A stretch of 64,000 nt of DNA from an uncultured delta proteobacterium (GCA_963798485.1 CAWCTR010000023.1:1-64000), one strand, 5' to 3'; positions 38,632 through 48,894 are shown, numbered from the stretch's first letter. Notes: generated by a model not told the origin, from the sequence alone. Made by a program: numbers and translations.

Positions 38632-39259
38632 ACATCTCCTTTAGGGTCTTTCCAGGATCACCAGCGCCAAAGATACTTGATCCGGCTACTATATTATCTA
38701 CACCCATCCGTGTAAGATTGGCTATATTATCCTTATTAATCCCGCCGTCCACCTGCAATTGAATCGTCCGTCCCGTAATCATTGTTCTCGTATCTGCGAT
38801 CTTGGGTATCACCTCATCGATGAAGGCCTGCCCGCCGAACCCAGGGTTTACACTCATAATAAGAACCAGGTCGATGTCATTCAGGCAATGTCTGATGGTG
38901 TCCAGAGGGGTGGAGGGATTCAAGGCAACGCCTGATTTCAGACCTCTTACCCTGATCATGCTTAATGTCCGCTGGAGGTGCCTTGTGGCCTCTACATGCA
39001 CCGTTATGCCGTCAGCGCCTGCCTCGATGAAGTCGTCGATGTACCTTTCAGGGTCCATGATCATGAGGTGGCAGTCAAGGAATGCCTTTGTAGTCTTGCG
39101 GATGCCCCTTACTACGACAGGCCCGATGGTGATATTCGGGACAAAAATACCGTCCATTACATCCACATGGATCCACTGCGCCCCGGCATCCACAACGGTA
39201 TTGATGTCGCGCCCCAGGTTCGAGAAGTCGGCTGAGAGAATTGATGGTGCAATGATCAT
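38603..39259 (-). CDS. rpe: Ribulose-phosphate 3-epimerase
   Basis: APSILSADF, HVDVMDG.FVPN, MSVNPGFGGQ and VDGG motifs. Confidence 0.97.
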   Translation of the reverse strand: MIIAPSILSADFSNLGRDINTVVDAGAQWIHVDVMDGIFVPNITIGPVVVRGIRKTTKAFLDCHLMIMDPERYIDDFIEAGADGITVHVEATRHLQRTLSMIRVRGLKSGVALNPSTPLDTIRHCLNDIDLVLIMSVNPGFGGQAFIDEVIPKIADTRTMITGRTIQLQVDGGINKDNIANLTRMGVDNIVAGSSIFGAGDPGKTLKEMFDIVFSVSH

Positions 39260-40197
39260 AGTGCTTCCTTATGCCCCAATATTGCTTTGTCGGCCTTCAA
39301 TCCGCACGAAAAAGCGGGTGCATCAAGGGCCTTCTTCCCTTCGAGTTGAAGAATTTTTGGGATTATATACCCTCCACGGCACGCAATCTTCACCCCGGAT
39401 TTTTCCTTCAGGAGCGTCCCATACAGAATACCATGATCTTCTATCTCGTAAGACCCGCTCATGATCTTTAGCATCTTCCCCTCCAGGTACGTGTAAGCGC
39501 ATGGCCACGGGACAAGCCCCCGGATCATGTTATGAATGAACCTCGGATCCCTACCCCAGTCGATCATGCCTTCTTCCTTGGTGAGCATGGGGGCATATGT
39601 TGAGCGTGCATGGTCTTGTTGGACCGGCCTTATCTTTTCCTCTTCAATAAGTGCAAGGGTTTCCACGAGCTTGAAGGCCCCAAGGGCGCTCAGCCTAAGG
39701 GATAAGCGCTCTGCATCGTCTGTGGCATTTATGGGGATACTCGCCTGCAAATAAACCGGTCCGGAATCCATGCCCTCATCGATCTGCATGATGCTGATGC
39801 CGGTGGTCGTATACCCTGCCATGATGGCCCGGTTGATGGGGGATGAACCCCGGAGGTCGGGCAACAGTGAGGCATGGATATTGAGAAAACCTATTCTCGG
39901 GATAATAAGCATATCAGTCGGGATCATCTTCCCATATGCCACAACGATCACCGCATCGAGCTTCGAGGCTGCAAAAAGGTCTTTGATCTCAATGTTGTTT
40001 TTGAGTGCCTGGGGCTGATACACCTTCAAGCCGACCTTTTGGGCCAGCTCCTTTACAGGAGGGCTCTGCAGGTGCATTCCCCTTCCTTTGGGTTTATCGG
40101 GCTGGGTGATGACGAATGCAAGGTCATGCCTGGATTCCAACAGGGCCGAGAGGGTTGGTACGGAAAAAACCGGGGTGCCCATGAAGGCAAGTCTCAT
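39256..40197 (-). CDS. fmt: Methionyl-tRNA formyltransferase
   Basis: FMGTP.F, TQPDKPKGRG, VVAYG, NIHASLLP and GMDSG motifs. Confidence 0.97.
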   Translation of the reverse strand: MRLAFMGTPVFSVPTLSALLESRHDLAFVITQPDKPKGRGMHLQSPPVKELAQKVGLKVYQPQALKNNIEIKDLFAASKLDAVIVVAYGKMIPTDMLIIPRIGFLNIHASLLPDLRGSSPINRAIMAGYTTTGISIMQIDEGMDSGPVYLQASIPINATDDAERLSLRLSALGAFKLVETLALIEEEKIRPVQQDHARSTYAPMLTKEEGMIDWGRDPRFIHNMIRGLVPWPCAYTYLEGKMLKIMSGSYEIEDHGILYGTLLKEKSGVKIACRGGYIIPKILQLEGKKALDAPAFSCGLKADKAILGHKEAL

Positions 40198-40694
40198 AGT
40201 GTGCCCTTTTTCCTCTTCTTCAGATAGAGGGCCCGTTTCAGCGATGAGGCGTAATCCAAGATGACCTTTCCATTGAGGTGGTCGATTTCATGCTGAAATA
40301 TCCGTGCAAGAAACCCTTCCGCCTCTATGCTGATCTCGTTGCCCTTGAGGTTTACACCCTTGACCAGTATCCTTTCAGCCCTCTTCACATCCACCGAGAC
40401 CTCGGGAACGCTCAGACACATCTCACTGTCCTCTACAGATCCCTCCTGCTCCACTATTACAGGGTTCACCATGACCAGGAGACTATTGGATTCCTTTTTC
40501 GCCGTGGGGTCAACCATGATGAGGCGCTTGGAGCACCCTACCTGGGGGGCGGCAAGACCCACGCCGGGGGCTTTGTACAGGGCCTCTATCATATCGTCCA
40601 CAAGCATCATGATGTCGAGGTCGATATTTTCGATCGTTACAGCCTTGGTCTTCAGGGCGGGTTCAGGGTAGATAAGGATCTCTTTACGCGGCAT
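40194..40694 (-). CDS. def: Peptide deformylase
   Basis: GVGLAAPQVG, E.CLSVP and QHEIDHLNG motifs. Confidence 0.97.
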   Translation of the reverse strand: MPRKEILIYPEPALKTKAVTIENIDLDIMMLVDDMIEALYKAPGVGLAAPQVGCSKRLIMVDPTAKKESNSLLVMVNPVIVEQEGSVEDSEMCLSVPEVSVDVKRAERILVKGVNLKGNEISIEAEGFLARIFQHEIDHLNGKVILDYASSLKRALYLKKRKKGTL

Positions 40695-40702
40695 ATGAAA
40701 TT

Positions 40703-40731
40703 AACATAGTTCCATTGATCTATGCTGTCAA
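40703..40731 (-). promoter_or_regulatory. Sigma70-type promoter TTGACA-N17-TATGTT, 8 nt before the def ATG
   Basis: Read directly; no SD sequence between the promoter and the start. Confidence 0.6.
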
Positions 40732-40892
40732 GAAATTGCATTTCCTTGAGGTTTTCCTGAATCGGGGAAGAGCGGCGGGTTTCTGTAGGTGAGGTATTGC
40801 CTGCATGTATTGTTATGCCTGCAGGCCTTGCACACCTCCAGGGCGACCTTGGGCCTGCTCTTTCGTTTCAGGCATATCAGATAGACCATCAT
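40728..40892 (-). CDS. Small four-cysteine protein (54 aa; absent from the ORF track)
   Basis: ATGA overlap with the aroE stop; MMVYLICLKRKSRPKVALEVCKACRHNNTCRQYLTYRNPPLFPDSGKPQGNAIS. Confidence 0.6.
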   Translation of the reverse strand: MMVYLICLKRKSRPKVALEVCKACRHNNTCRQYLTYRNPPLFPDSGKPQGNAIS

Positions 40893-41704
40893 GGCAGGCT
40901 ATACCCTAATGCTGCAAAGGCGTCATCCAAATGTTTCTTCGGGAGTTCAATGCCTGTGAGAAGCTCGAAATTTCTGCTGGTCTGGTGATAGAGCATGGCG
41001 TGGCCGCCGATGGGCTCAAACTTATGATGAACAGCCGCCTCGGACAGTGCGGTGGGCCTCACGATGGTCTCCAGAATGCGCGTACCTTGCGCAAACCCGG
41101 ACAAGTCGAGCCCGAGGGGAATCTGATCCGCTATGGGAGTTGCCTGCACGACGAGCCCGACTTCGGAAAGGGGCTCTCCTTCATATATGCGTACCGGGCT
41201 GCCGGCAAAGAGGCTGCACAGGCGCAATGCCCCCTCGCGCGAGCGGTTCATTATAAGCACCTGCTTCGCGCCGGAATGCAGCAGTGCATCCACAATAGCA
41301 CGCGCTGCACCCCCTGCGCCGATCATCAGGCATATGGCGTCTTGGACATTTCCCAGGGCCGCTACCGCACCCGCTCCGTCAGTATTGTAGCCGGACAATT
41401 GCCCGGCTTCATTCCTCACCACCGTATTTACCACGCCGATCCGGGAGGAAACCTCACACAGGCTGTCCACGAGGGCAGCCACGGCCTCCTTGTGCGGTAT
41501 GGTCACATTGAACCCGCCAAGGTTGCACCACCCTGAGAATGACCTTATTGTCTCCGGTAGAGAGCCGGGCAGGATGTCGTGGCTTATGTAGGCCATATCG
41601 AGGCCCATGGCATTGAAGATGTGGTTGTAGATGACAGGGGCCGTAACATGCATGGATGGGTGGGCGAGGATGGTGTAGACCTTAGTACTGCCTGTAATAA
41701 CCAC
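40889..41704 (-). CDS. aroE: Shikimate dehydrogenase family protein
   Basis: GFNVTIPHK, VNTV, GYNTDG, GAGGAARA and NRS motifs. Confidence 0.85.
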   Translation of the reverse strand: MVITGSTKVYTILAHPSMHVTAPVIYNHIFNAMGLDMAYISHDILPGSLPETIRSFSGWCNLGGFNVTIPHKEAVAALVDSLCEVSSRIGVVNTVVRNEAGQLSGYNTDGAGAVAALGNVQDAICLMIGAGGAARAIVDALLHSGAKQVLIMNRSREGALRLCSLFAGSPVRIYEGEPLSEVGLVVQATPIADQIPLGLDLSGFAQGTRILETIVRPTALSEAAVHHKFEPIGGHAMLYHQTSRNFELLTGIELPKKHLDDAFAALGYSLP

Positions 41705-41705
41705 G

Positions 41706-42521
41706 CTACTGCCTTTTTTCCTTTGCCTTATCAGTGATGCATGAGAGGATCTCGCCTGCGCCGCCCTGGATGAGGAAATCCGAGACCTCGTTTGTAAGCG
41801 GGGTGGGCTCACGGTTTATCTCGATGACATGGCAGTCGCCCTTTGGGACAAGGCCCCCCATCCCTCTGAACATGGAATGCATACCCTTGGCCACGATAGG
41901 CAGTGACGCAGCAGGCTCGATCTGGGCCGAGGTCCCGATGACGAGCATCAAATCGCATTCCTGGGCGTGCTGGAAGGATTCCCTCAATGCCCCCTGGGGG
42001 ATTGCCTCGCCGAAAAATACGGCATCGGGCTTGAGTACCCCGCCGCATTCGCACAGGGGAGGCAGGCATGTGCTATTCGCAATGATCTCCAGGAGCTGTT
42101 CGTAGCCGTACTTATGGCCGCACTTCAGACATTTGAAAATAAGCATGTTTCCATGGAACTCGATGACATTTCTGCTGCCCGCCTTCTGATGGAGGTTGTC
42201 GATATTCTGGGTGATGACAACCTTGATGATCCCCATTTGTTCCAGGGCGGAAAGCGCCAGGTGGCCCTTGTTGGGTTTCGCGTCCCACAACGACATCGCG
42301 CCCGAGGTGTTCATCTCGATCAGACACTTCCAGACCACGTCCGGTTCGGCTATAAAGCGTGCGTAGAAAAAAAGCGTCGGATCATAACGCTCCCAGATAC
42401 CGCCTTCAGACCTGAAGTCAGGAACGCCTGATTCGGTTGATATCCCTGCACCGGTGAGGACCACCGCATATTTTGCCCTGACAAGCAGGTCAGCAGCCTT
42501 CTCGATGAGGGAAAAATCCAT
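41706..42521 (-). CDS. cobB: NAD-dependent protein deacylase (sirtuin)
   Basis: TGAGISTESGVPDFRS, ITQNIDNLH, EFHGN, Zn cysteines, KPDAVFFGE and IGTSA motifs. Confidence 0.9.
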   Translation of the reverse strand: MDFSLIEKAADLLVRAKYAVVLTGAGISTESGVPDFRSEGGIWERYDPTLFFYARFIAEPDVVWKCLIEMNTSGAMSLWDAKPNKGHLALSALEQMGIIKVVITQNIDNLHQKAGSRNVIEFHGNMLIFKCLKCGHKYGYEQLLEIIANSTCLPPLCECGGVLKPDAVFFGEAIPQGALRESFQHAQECDLMLVIGTSAQIEPAASLPIVAKGMHSMFRGMGGLVPKGDCHVIEINREPTPLTNEVSDFLIQGGAGEILSCITDKAKEKRQ

Positions 42522-42592
42522 GCATTGAGCTTTACCAGAGCATGTCTGGGAGGTCAAGGCGGATGCATGCTGCTTGAAGTGACATCATCGTG

Positions 42593-43192
42593 CTATTTGA
42601 TGGCCCTTGTTGCCTTGACGGAGGGGTTCTTGAACAGGTCGTCACTGATGCCCTTGTTGAAACGGTATGAGCTCAAGGTGATGTCGCTCGTATTGCCCAG
42701 GGCATCTTTCAGCAGGATGCGCTCTATGAGGTTGTCATCGTTCACCCATACCGATATGGAGCCGGTGCCGGTCTTGGGCATGAGGATCAGGTGGTCGTTC
42801 GTATTGCTAACCGTGTAATGCTCCTCGATCGAGTTCAGGCCGGTAAAGAACCCCAGGATGTTCTGGGCAGCGATCTCGTTCGGGATCTCCTGGACCTGTG
42901 AGGTGCCTTCTTCCGGCAGGATGACCAGCACGGTCTGGCCCTTGAGGATGAGGATCTGCTTCTCAGGGGCCGTTACATCCATCCTGACCCCTGAAGTGCG
43001 TTTATAGGAAACCTTGCCGGCGAAATGGACCGTCTTGTTGGCGATTACCTGGAAGGTCTCCTGCTTGAAAAGGGCCGTGAAGTCCTGTATCTTGGCATAG
43101 CGCTTCTGGACTTTTATAAGCTCCACCCCCTGTGCCGTGCCGGTGATGAATAACAGGAGAAATACGAATATCAGACTATTCTTCCATTTCAT
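42593..43192 (-). CDS. lolA: Outer-membrane lipoprotein carrier LolA-family protein
   Basis: Signal peptide, DFTALFKQ, D.LGN.S.I.LS and F.F motifs; ftsK-lolA synteny. Confidence 0.8.
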   Translation of the reverse strand: MKWKNSLIFVFLLLFITGTAQGVELIKVQKRYAKIQDFTALFKQETFQVIANKTVHFAGKVSYKRTSGVRMDVTAPEKQILILKGQTVLVILPEEGTSQVQEIPNEIAAQNILGFFTGLNSIEEHYTVSNTNDHLILMPKTGTGSISVWVNDDNLIERILLKDALGNTSDITLSSYRFNKGISDDLFKNPSVKATRAIK

Positions 43193-45392
43193 GTGCATAT
43201 GATTTAACCAATACCTTTCGTGGTTTGCCTGCAGCATCCGCAGGGCCTAAGACGCCCTCGGTCTCCATCTGCTCGATGATCCTGGCCGCACGGTTGTACC
43301 CAACCCGGAACCGCCGCTGGATCAGCGAGATGGATGCGCTGCCCTTGTTGGTTACGAATTCCAATGCCTCGTCATAGACCGGGTCGGATTCTTCGTCCAG
43401 TCCGTTCGAATCAGAATCTTCCCTTGCCAGTTGTTCGATCTGGGTGTCGAGCTCCTTGATGTAGTCCGGGCCTTTCTGCTCACGAATGAACTCGATCACC
43501 TTGTCCAGCTCCTCCTCAGAGACATAGGCCCCATGAACACGCTTCAGGTTTGAGGTGCCAGGCAGGAGGAAGAGCATGTCGCCAAGGCCTAAAAGCTGAT
43601 CAGCCCCCGAGGAGTCAAGGATGGTGCGGGAATCGATCTTGGATGAGACCCGAAACGAGATGCGTGAAGGGAAGTTGGACTTGATCAGGCCGGTTATGAC
43701 ATCAACCGAAGGTCTCTGGGTGGCGACGATCATATAGATGCCGGCGGCCCTGGCCATCTGGGCCAGGCGTGCAATAAATACCTCCACCTCACGGTTGATC
43801 ATCATGAGGTCCGCCATCTCGTCGATGACGACCACGATCTTGGGCAACAACCCGTCTTCGGAACCTTCCGTGTTCAGCGTGGCCAGGGTGGTTTTCGCAT
43901 CGGGATTCTCTTTCTTGACCTTTTTATTGTACGAGTCGAGGCCCTTCATTCCATGCTCTTTGAAGATCATATAACGCTGCTCCATCTCGCTGACCGCCCA
44001 CTTGAGGACAGGCAGGGCCTCCCTCGGGTCAATGACAACCGGGTGCAGGAGGTGCGGGATGCCTTCATAGTGCGAGAGCTCGATGCGCTTGGGGTCTATC
44101 ATGATGAATTTGAGCTCGGATGGGTTATTCTTATACAGGAGTGAGAGGATCATGGTGTTCAGGCCGACGCTTTTACCGGTGCCTGTAGCGCCTGCAATGA
44201 GAAGGTGAGGCATCTTGGCAAGATTGGTCACCACGGGAACACCTTCGATATCCGTACCCAGGGCCAGGGTCAAAGGCGCGTTCGATGCGGTGAACTCCTT
44301 GCTGGCCAGGATCCTCCGCAGACTCACGAGCTCCCGGGAGCGGTTGGGTATCTCTATGCCCACGGCATTCTTGCCGGGTATAGGGGCCACTACCCGCACC
44401 GGCGCCGCCTTGAGCGCCATGGCAAGGTCATCAGCCAGGGAAACGATCTTGTTGATTTTAATACCGGGTGCGGGGGTGAACTCGTACATAGTGATAACCG
44501 GACCCGGCTTGATCTCAAGGATCTCCCCATCCACGCCGAAGTCCTTGAGCTTGGACAGGATCAGTGAGGCGTTTGCCTTGAGCTCTTTTTCCGTGATGGT
44601 CCGGCTTTTCGAGGGCGGGTTGTTGAGCAAAGAAATCGGGGGGATCTGGTAATTATCAATAAAGTCCAACGTAGCCTGTTTGGGGATCTCTGCCACATCA
44701 GGACCCTCGTGCTCCATCATGGTGATCCGCGGCTCTTTACCGGAGGGTTCTTTATCGGGCCTGGACTTGAGCAAGGCCTTCTTGGACGGCCTTGTCTCCG
44801 GAGTGCGCTCAACTATGCCGCGCTTGATCTTGACAAGCCGCCGGCCTTTAATGAGCTCAATAAAGTCACGGACCCCGCGTACAGGCGAAGACATGTCATA
44901 ACCCATCATGATCCCGCCTGCAAGGAGCATGAGCAGCAGCATCAGCGAGCCCCAGCGGTTGAGGTAGTCCATCAGAGAATCCCCGATGATCTTGCCGATG
45001 GCGCCCCCTGCCTTGATAGTGGTAGAGAACAGCTTCAGCTCGCCTAAAAAGATGTGGAGAAGACCCAGCACCGCGAACATGATAATGGCGGTGCTTGCGA
45101 AGTGCAGCCAGTTTATGGGGCGCTTCCTTATGCAGTAGCGCCAGGCATAGTCCACCAGGAAGATGGGCAAGGCAAAGGCCCACACCCCGAGGATGATGTA
45201 GAGGCCATCTGCTATATAGGAACCGACAAAACCCATCCAGTTATGGAAGGTATCGGTGTGTTTAGACAAGGTAAAGCCGGGGTCGGTAGGGGAATAAGAG
45301 ATGAGGGCAAGCAGGAAAAATATGGCGGCAAAGATCAGGAACAATCCTGTGATATGTACAGGTATGGTGCTCGCACGTTCCCTTTTTGCCAT
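43176..45392 (-). CDS. ftsK: DNA translocase FtsK
   Basis: 4-TM N-terminus, PHLLIAGATGTGKS, IDEMADLM, ATQRPSVDVITG, gamma domain GYNRAAR. Confidence 0.97.
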   Translation of the reverse strand: MAKRERASTIPVHITGLFLIFAAIFFLLALISYSPTDPGFTLSKHTDTFHNWMGFVGSYIADGLYIILGVWAFALPIFLVDYAWRYCIRKRPINWLHFASTAIIMFAVLGLLHIFLGELKLFSTTIKAGGAIGKIIGDSLMDYLNRWGSLMLLLMLLAGGIMMGYDMSSPVRGVRDFIELIKGRRLVKIKRGIVERTPETRPSKKALLKSRPDKEPSGKEPRITMMEHEGPDVAEIPKQATLDFIDNYQIPPISLLNNPPSKSRTITEKELKANASLILSKLKDFGVDGEILEIKPGPVITMYEFTPAPGIKINKIVSLADDLAMALKAAPVRVVAPIPGKNAVGIEIPNRSRELVSLRRILASKEFTASNAPLTLALGTDIEGVPVVTNLAKMPHLLIAGATGTGKSVGLNTMILSLLYKNNPSELKFIMIDPKRIELSHYEGIPHLLHPVVIDPREALPVLKWAVSEMEQRYMIFKEHGMKGLDSYNKKVKKENPDAKTTLATLNTEGSEDGLLPKIVVVIDEMADLMMINREVEVFIARLAQMARAAGIYMIVATQRPSVDVITGLIKSNFPSRISFRVSSKIDSRTILDSSGADQLLGLGDMLFLLPGTSNLKRVHGAYVSEEELDKVIEFIREQKGPDYIKELDTQIEQLAREDSDSNGLDEESDPVYDEALEFVTNKGSASISLIQRRFRVGYNRAARIIEQMETEGVLGPADAAGKPRKVLVKSYAHEMEE

Positions 45393-45539
45393 GGATGAAC
45401 CTTCCTTACATCAGCACCCTTGTCGGTGACACCCGTTCAGTTATCAATACGTAAAGAATAGATGAAAAATACATTCTTTGTAACGTCCATACCAGAAATC
45501 CCAAAGAAATCAACCCTGCGATAAGGGGATATCCGGCAA

Positions 45540-47156
45540 CTACATCTCCATGATGATGGGGATTACCATAGGTTTTTTCCCGAGCCTTGCTTTGAGGCTG
45601 GTGCCCAGCGATTCCCGCATGCGGTTCTGGATCACCTGGGTGTCCGTGTTTTTCCCGAGGAAAGATTCCAAGATAGTAAGGGCATTCTTCCGTATCTCGT
45701 CCATGATCTCCTGTTCCATGCTCGCAGGCACTACTCCTTTGCACATGATATCAGGCCCCAATGCCACCTCATGCTTGACCGAGTCGATCACGACAAATAC
45801 GATAACAAGCCCGCCTTCTGAGATGTGCCTGCGATCCCTCAGCACCACATCCCCGATGTCACCGGTAAGCTCGCCGTCCACAAAACACTTTCCATGCGGG
45901 GCTTCGCCGGTAATCTCCATGCCGGTCTCCGTCAATGACCAGATCTGTCCGGGCCGTGCAAATATTATCTGTGGGTCCGTATGAAGCGAGTTCTCCACCA
46001 GGCCTGCCAATGATTTCATGTGTCGCAGCTCGCCATGGACGGGCATGATGATCTGTGGATTGAGCAGCCGCACCGCCTCTATGAGCTCACCTTGGGTGGC
46101 ATGGCCTGTTGCATGAACGTCTGCAATGTCAGGATAATAAACCCGTGCGCCATAGTCGATGAGCTGGTCGATACATCGGGAAATGGCGATCTCATTGCCC
46201 GGGATGATCCTGGCCGAGATGATCACGCTGTCCGATGATTTCACCTTGAACTTGTGCCACCCCCTGGCGATAAGGGACAGCACGGAATATACCTCCCCCT
46301 GGGTGCCCGTGCAGATGATCATGAGCCTGCTTCTATCGATGGCGAGGATCTCTTCGGGCTTGATGAAATCTCTGGAATCGAACTCCACGATGCCGAGGTC
46401 GGCGGCGATATCCACCACCTGGTTCATGCTCCTGCCGATAATGGTGACCCTTCTGTTGTTCTTGACGGCAAGCTCATAGAGCATCTGGATACGCCTCACA
46501 TGGCTGGAAAAGGTGGAGACGATAACTGCCCCTTGCGTGTTTTTAATGATGGATTCTATGCTGGAGAAAACTGTTCCTTCGTCCGAGCACCTGGGGTCGA
46601 GCTCCGCATTGGTGCTCTCACAGATGAAGAGCTTGACCGGGCCTTCCATGGTGCGGAACTCGGACGGCATATCTTTAAAGTCTCCGGAATGGATAATGCG
46701 GCCCTGGGGTGTGAGCATGTTCAGGGAGTAACACCCGATAGTGGAGTGGCGAACCTCTAAGAATTCTATTTCCATGCCTGCCAGGCTGATCTTTTGCCCT
46801 GCATGGACGGCGATGAGCTTGAGATGGCCGTCCATGTCATACTCCTTGAGCTTGCGCTTTGCCAGCTCCAGCGTGAAGGGGTGGCTGTAGACAGGGATAG
46901 GGGCCTCTTTCAGGAGATATGGCAGGGCGCCGATGTGGTCTTCATGCCCGTGTGTAAGGAGAATCCCGTCAAAGGCCTCCTGGTTTTCCACAACATACGA
47001 GAAATCCGGGATGATCTGATCGATGCCCGTGAGGTTGTACTTGGGAAACATGATCCCCGCATCCACCAAAATGGACCCTGCGCCGGTCTCGATGACCATG
47101 GAGTTTAGCCCGAATTCCCTGACACCGCCTAAGGGGATCACCTTGACCGTGTTCAT
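45540..47156 (-). CDS. rnj: Ribonuclease J
   Basis: PLGGVREFGLN, THGHEDHIG, HSGDFK, GTQGE, VHATGH and PVHGE motifs. Confidence 0.93.
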   Translation of the reverse strand: MNTVKVIPLGGVREFGLNSMVIETGAGSILVDAGIMFPKYNLTGIDQIIPDFSYVVENQEAFDGILLTHGHEDHIGALPYLLKEAPIPVYSHPFTLELAKRKLKEYDMDGHLKLIAVHAGQKISLAGMEIEFLEVRHSTIGCYSLNMLTPQGRIIHSGDFKDMPSEFRTMEGPVKLFICESTNAELDPRCSDEGTVFSSIESIIKNTQGAVIVSTFSSHVRRIQMLYELAVKNNRRVTIIGRSMNQVVDIAADLGIVEFDSRDFIKPEEILAIDRSRLMIICTGTQGEVYSVLSLIARGWHKFKVKSSDSVIISARIIPGNEIAISRCIDQLIDYGARVYYPDIADVHATGHATQGELIEAVRLLNPQIIMPVHGELRHMKSLAGLVENSLHTDPQIIFARPGQIWSLTETGMEITGEAPHGKCFVDGELTGDIGDVVLRDRRHISEGGLVIVFVVIDSVKHEVALGPDIMCKGVVPASMEQEIMDEIRKNALTILESFLGKNTDTQVIQNRMRESLGTSLKARLGKKPMVIPIIMEM

Positions 47157-48415
47157 AGAATCCCCCCGGCTAGCCTTTGTATTTGTGTACGCAATTCGCT
47201 GGATGCGGATTCGATGTCGTCCCTGGTTTGCCTCGGGATGGGTATATGTGCAAACTTTATGGGTTTGCCGACAGCGATCTTTACGGGAGAAAGCTTGATT
47301 GCCGATGTCCAGCGGGGCATAAGGCTGTATGCACCCGATATGCCCACAGGGATAACGGGCGTATCCAGGGCAAGGATAAGCCGGATCGCTCCGGTGCGTA
47401 GCGGCAGCATCTCCCCGTCCCATGTACGCTCGCCCTCGGGGAATATACCAAGGATATGGCCATGCCGGACCACCCGAATTGCGTTACGGATAGTCAGAAC
47501 ATCGATGGTATACCTCCTCACCGGGAAGGACCCCGCATGTCGCAGGAACCACTTCATGAGGCAATGGCGGTACTCAGAATTTTTAGCCATATACCATATG
47601 TCGCGTCTTGTTAAGAAACCGAGGATAACAGAGTCGAGAAAAGATGTATGGTTGGGCGCGACAATGGCTGCCCCCTTGGAGGGTATGTTCTCAAGGCCTG
47701 TGATAGTAACCGACAAGAGGGCCTTGAGAATAGGTCGGGCAATGGGCTTCAGCACCATGGAAAGCATGCTCTTATCCCTTGGGTACCACCTTCTTTCAGG
47801 CGCACGCAGCCTTTGATGGCCTGGCGCCTTTGACGGGTTTTCCCTGAAGGAGCCCTTGAAACGGACCCTGGGGTAGAATTCCACTATCTCCCTGGGGGCA
47901 TGATGTTTTTTCAGCGCCTTCTGGATGAGGTCTTCCCACTTCTTGCCCGATTCATGGAGAAAATCAAAAAACAGGGGACCGTGTTCACGGCTGACGACGA
48001 TAACGGTATTCGACTCAATGGTAACACCCATGAGTGCAGTAAAAGGCACATCAATGCTGCTGGTGACACCCGAAAAGCTCAAGGCGTCTTCTTTGAGGAA
48101 CAGGGTGCCGGTATCTACGGGCACCCTTGTGAAACGGTAGGCAGTAATGCCTGCATACCCTTTATACATACCATCCTGAGACTCACGCGAAAGCCTGACC
48201 CGGCGGCTTTTCATAATGACGCCTGAAAAGGCTTGGGGCAGCTCAAAGGCTTGGATCTTTGTATACCAGTGAGAAATCGGCCGGATTTCCCCTTCCATGG
48301 AGGCGAGGAAACGTGTTGTGAGCCTGAAGTCCACATGACAGGATACGCAATGATTCTGATCCAGCCAATCAAATGCACCACATTGAGGGCACCTATAGAG
48401 CAGATCATTAATCAT
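47153..48415 (-). CDS. Lysophospholipid acyltransferase (PlsC-like) with an N-terminal Cys-containing extension
   Basis: NHTSFLD, FPVRR and FPEGER motifs; N-terminal CPQC..CVSC. Confidence 0.85.
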   Translation of the reverse strand: MINDLLYRCPQCGAFDWLDQNHCVSCHVDFRLTTRFLASMEGEIRPISHWYTKIQAFELPQAFSGVIMKSRRVRLSRESQDGMYKGYAGITAYRFTRVPVDTGTLFLKEDALSFSGVTSSIDVPFTALMGVTIESNTVIVVSREHGPLFFDFLHESGKKWEDLIQKALKKHHAPREIVEFYPRVRFKGSFRENPSKAPGHQRLRAPERRWYPRDKSMLSMVLKPIARPILKALLSVTITGLENIPSKGAAIVAPNHTSFLDSVILGFLTRRDIWYMAKNSEYRHCLMKWFLRHAGSFPVRRYTIDVLTIRNAIRVVRHGHILGIFPEGERTWDGEMLPLRTGAIRLILALDTPVIPVGISGAYSLMPRWTSAIKLSPVKIAVGKPIKFAHIPIPRQTRDDIESASSELRTQIQRLAGGIL

Positions 48416-48522
48416 CGGCTAGGCAGTATAACCGAGTTTGATAGACTTGTACACCTCTTCCATGGGTCGGTTAATACCCTTTTCTAAAGGATTTATGCTG
48501 ATGAACGGCAGATAGTTACTTC

Positions 48523-48843
48523 TTAGTCTTCGGTGTTCATGAGGTCGTTAAGCATATCATCACGTGTTTTGATTGCATTCAGCACGGACTCGAACCCTGT
48601 TTTCGAGAGCATCATGTCGGTAAATTCCTTTGCTATGTCAACGTTTGACTCCATATGTCCATCGGAGTTCACGGCGGCGGGCTCGTCGGACCTGCTCGTG
48701 GCATCGTCCACAGTGCCGTCTTTTGATGGTGTAATAGTGGACCTGATAGCTTTGTAGTCAGGCGTGTTCATGTTCGCCACATTGGAAGAGGCATTGGCCT
48801 GAAGGATCTCTTGTGCCCTCAATGAGGATAAGAGTATGGACAT
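48523..48843 (-). CDS. Small flagellar basal-body rod (FlgB/FlgC-like) domain protein
   Basis: SSNVANMNTPDYK and SNVDIAKEF motifs. Confidence 0.75.
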   Translation of the reverse strand: MSILLSSLRAQEILQANASSNVANMNTPDYKAIRSTITPSKDGTVDDATSRSDEPAAVNSDGHMESNVDIAKEFTDMMLSKTGFESVLNAIKTRDDMLNDLMNTED

Positions 48844-48894
48844 AATTATTCTCTCCCTTGCCCACTTATCGGAGAAATGGCTATAATCTTGAAT

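Noticed and set aside
41706-42521. Sirtuin as a SIR2 anti-phage defence effector
   Set aside because: Canonical short CobB-type deacylase with a Zn domain in a housekeeping operon; no defence partners nearby.
47157-47423. N-terminal extension of RNase J in the ORF track, and similar extensions for aroE, lolA, the ABC ATPase and the nucleotidyltransferase
   Set aside because: They overlap upstream genes and precede the recognisable family start; downstream starts fit better.
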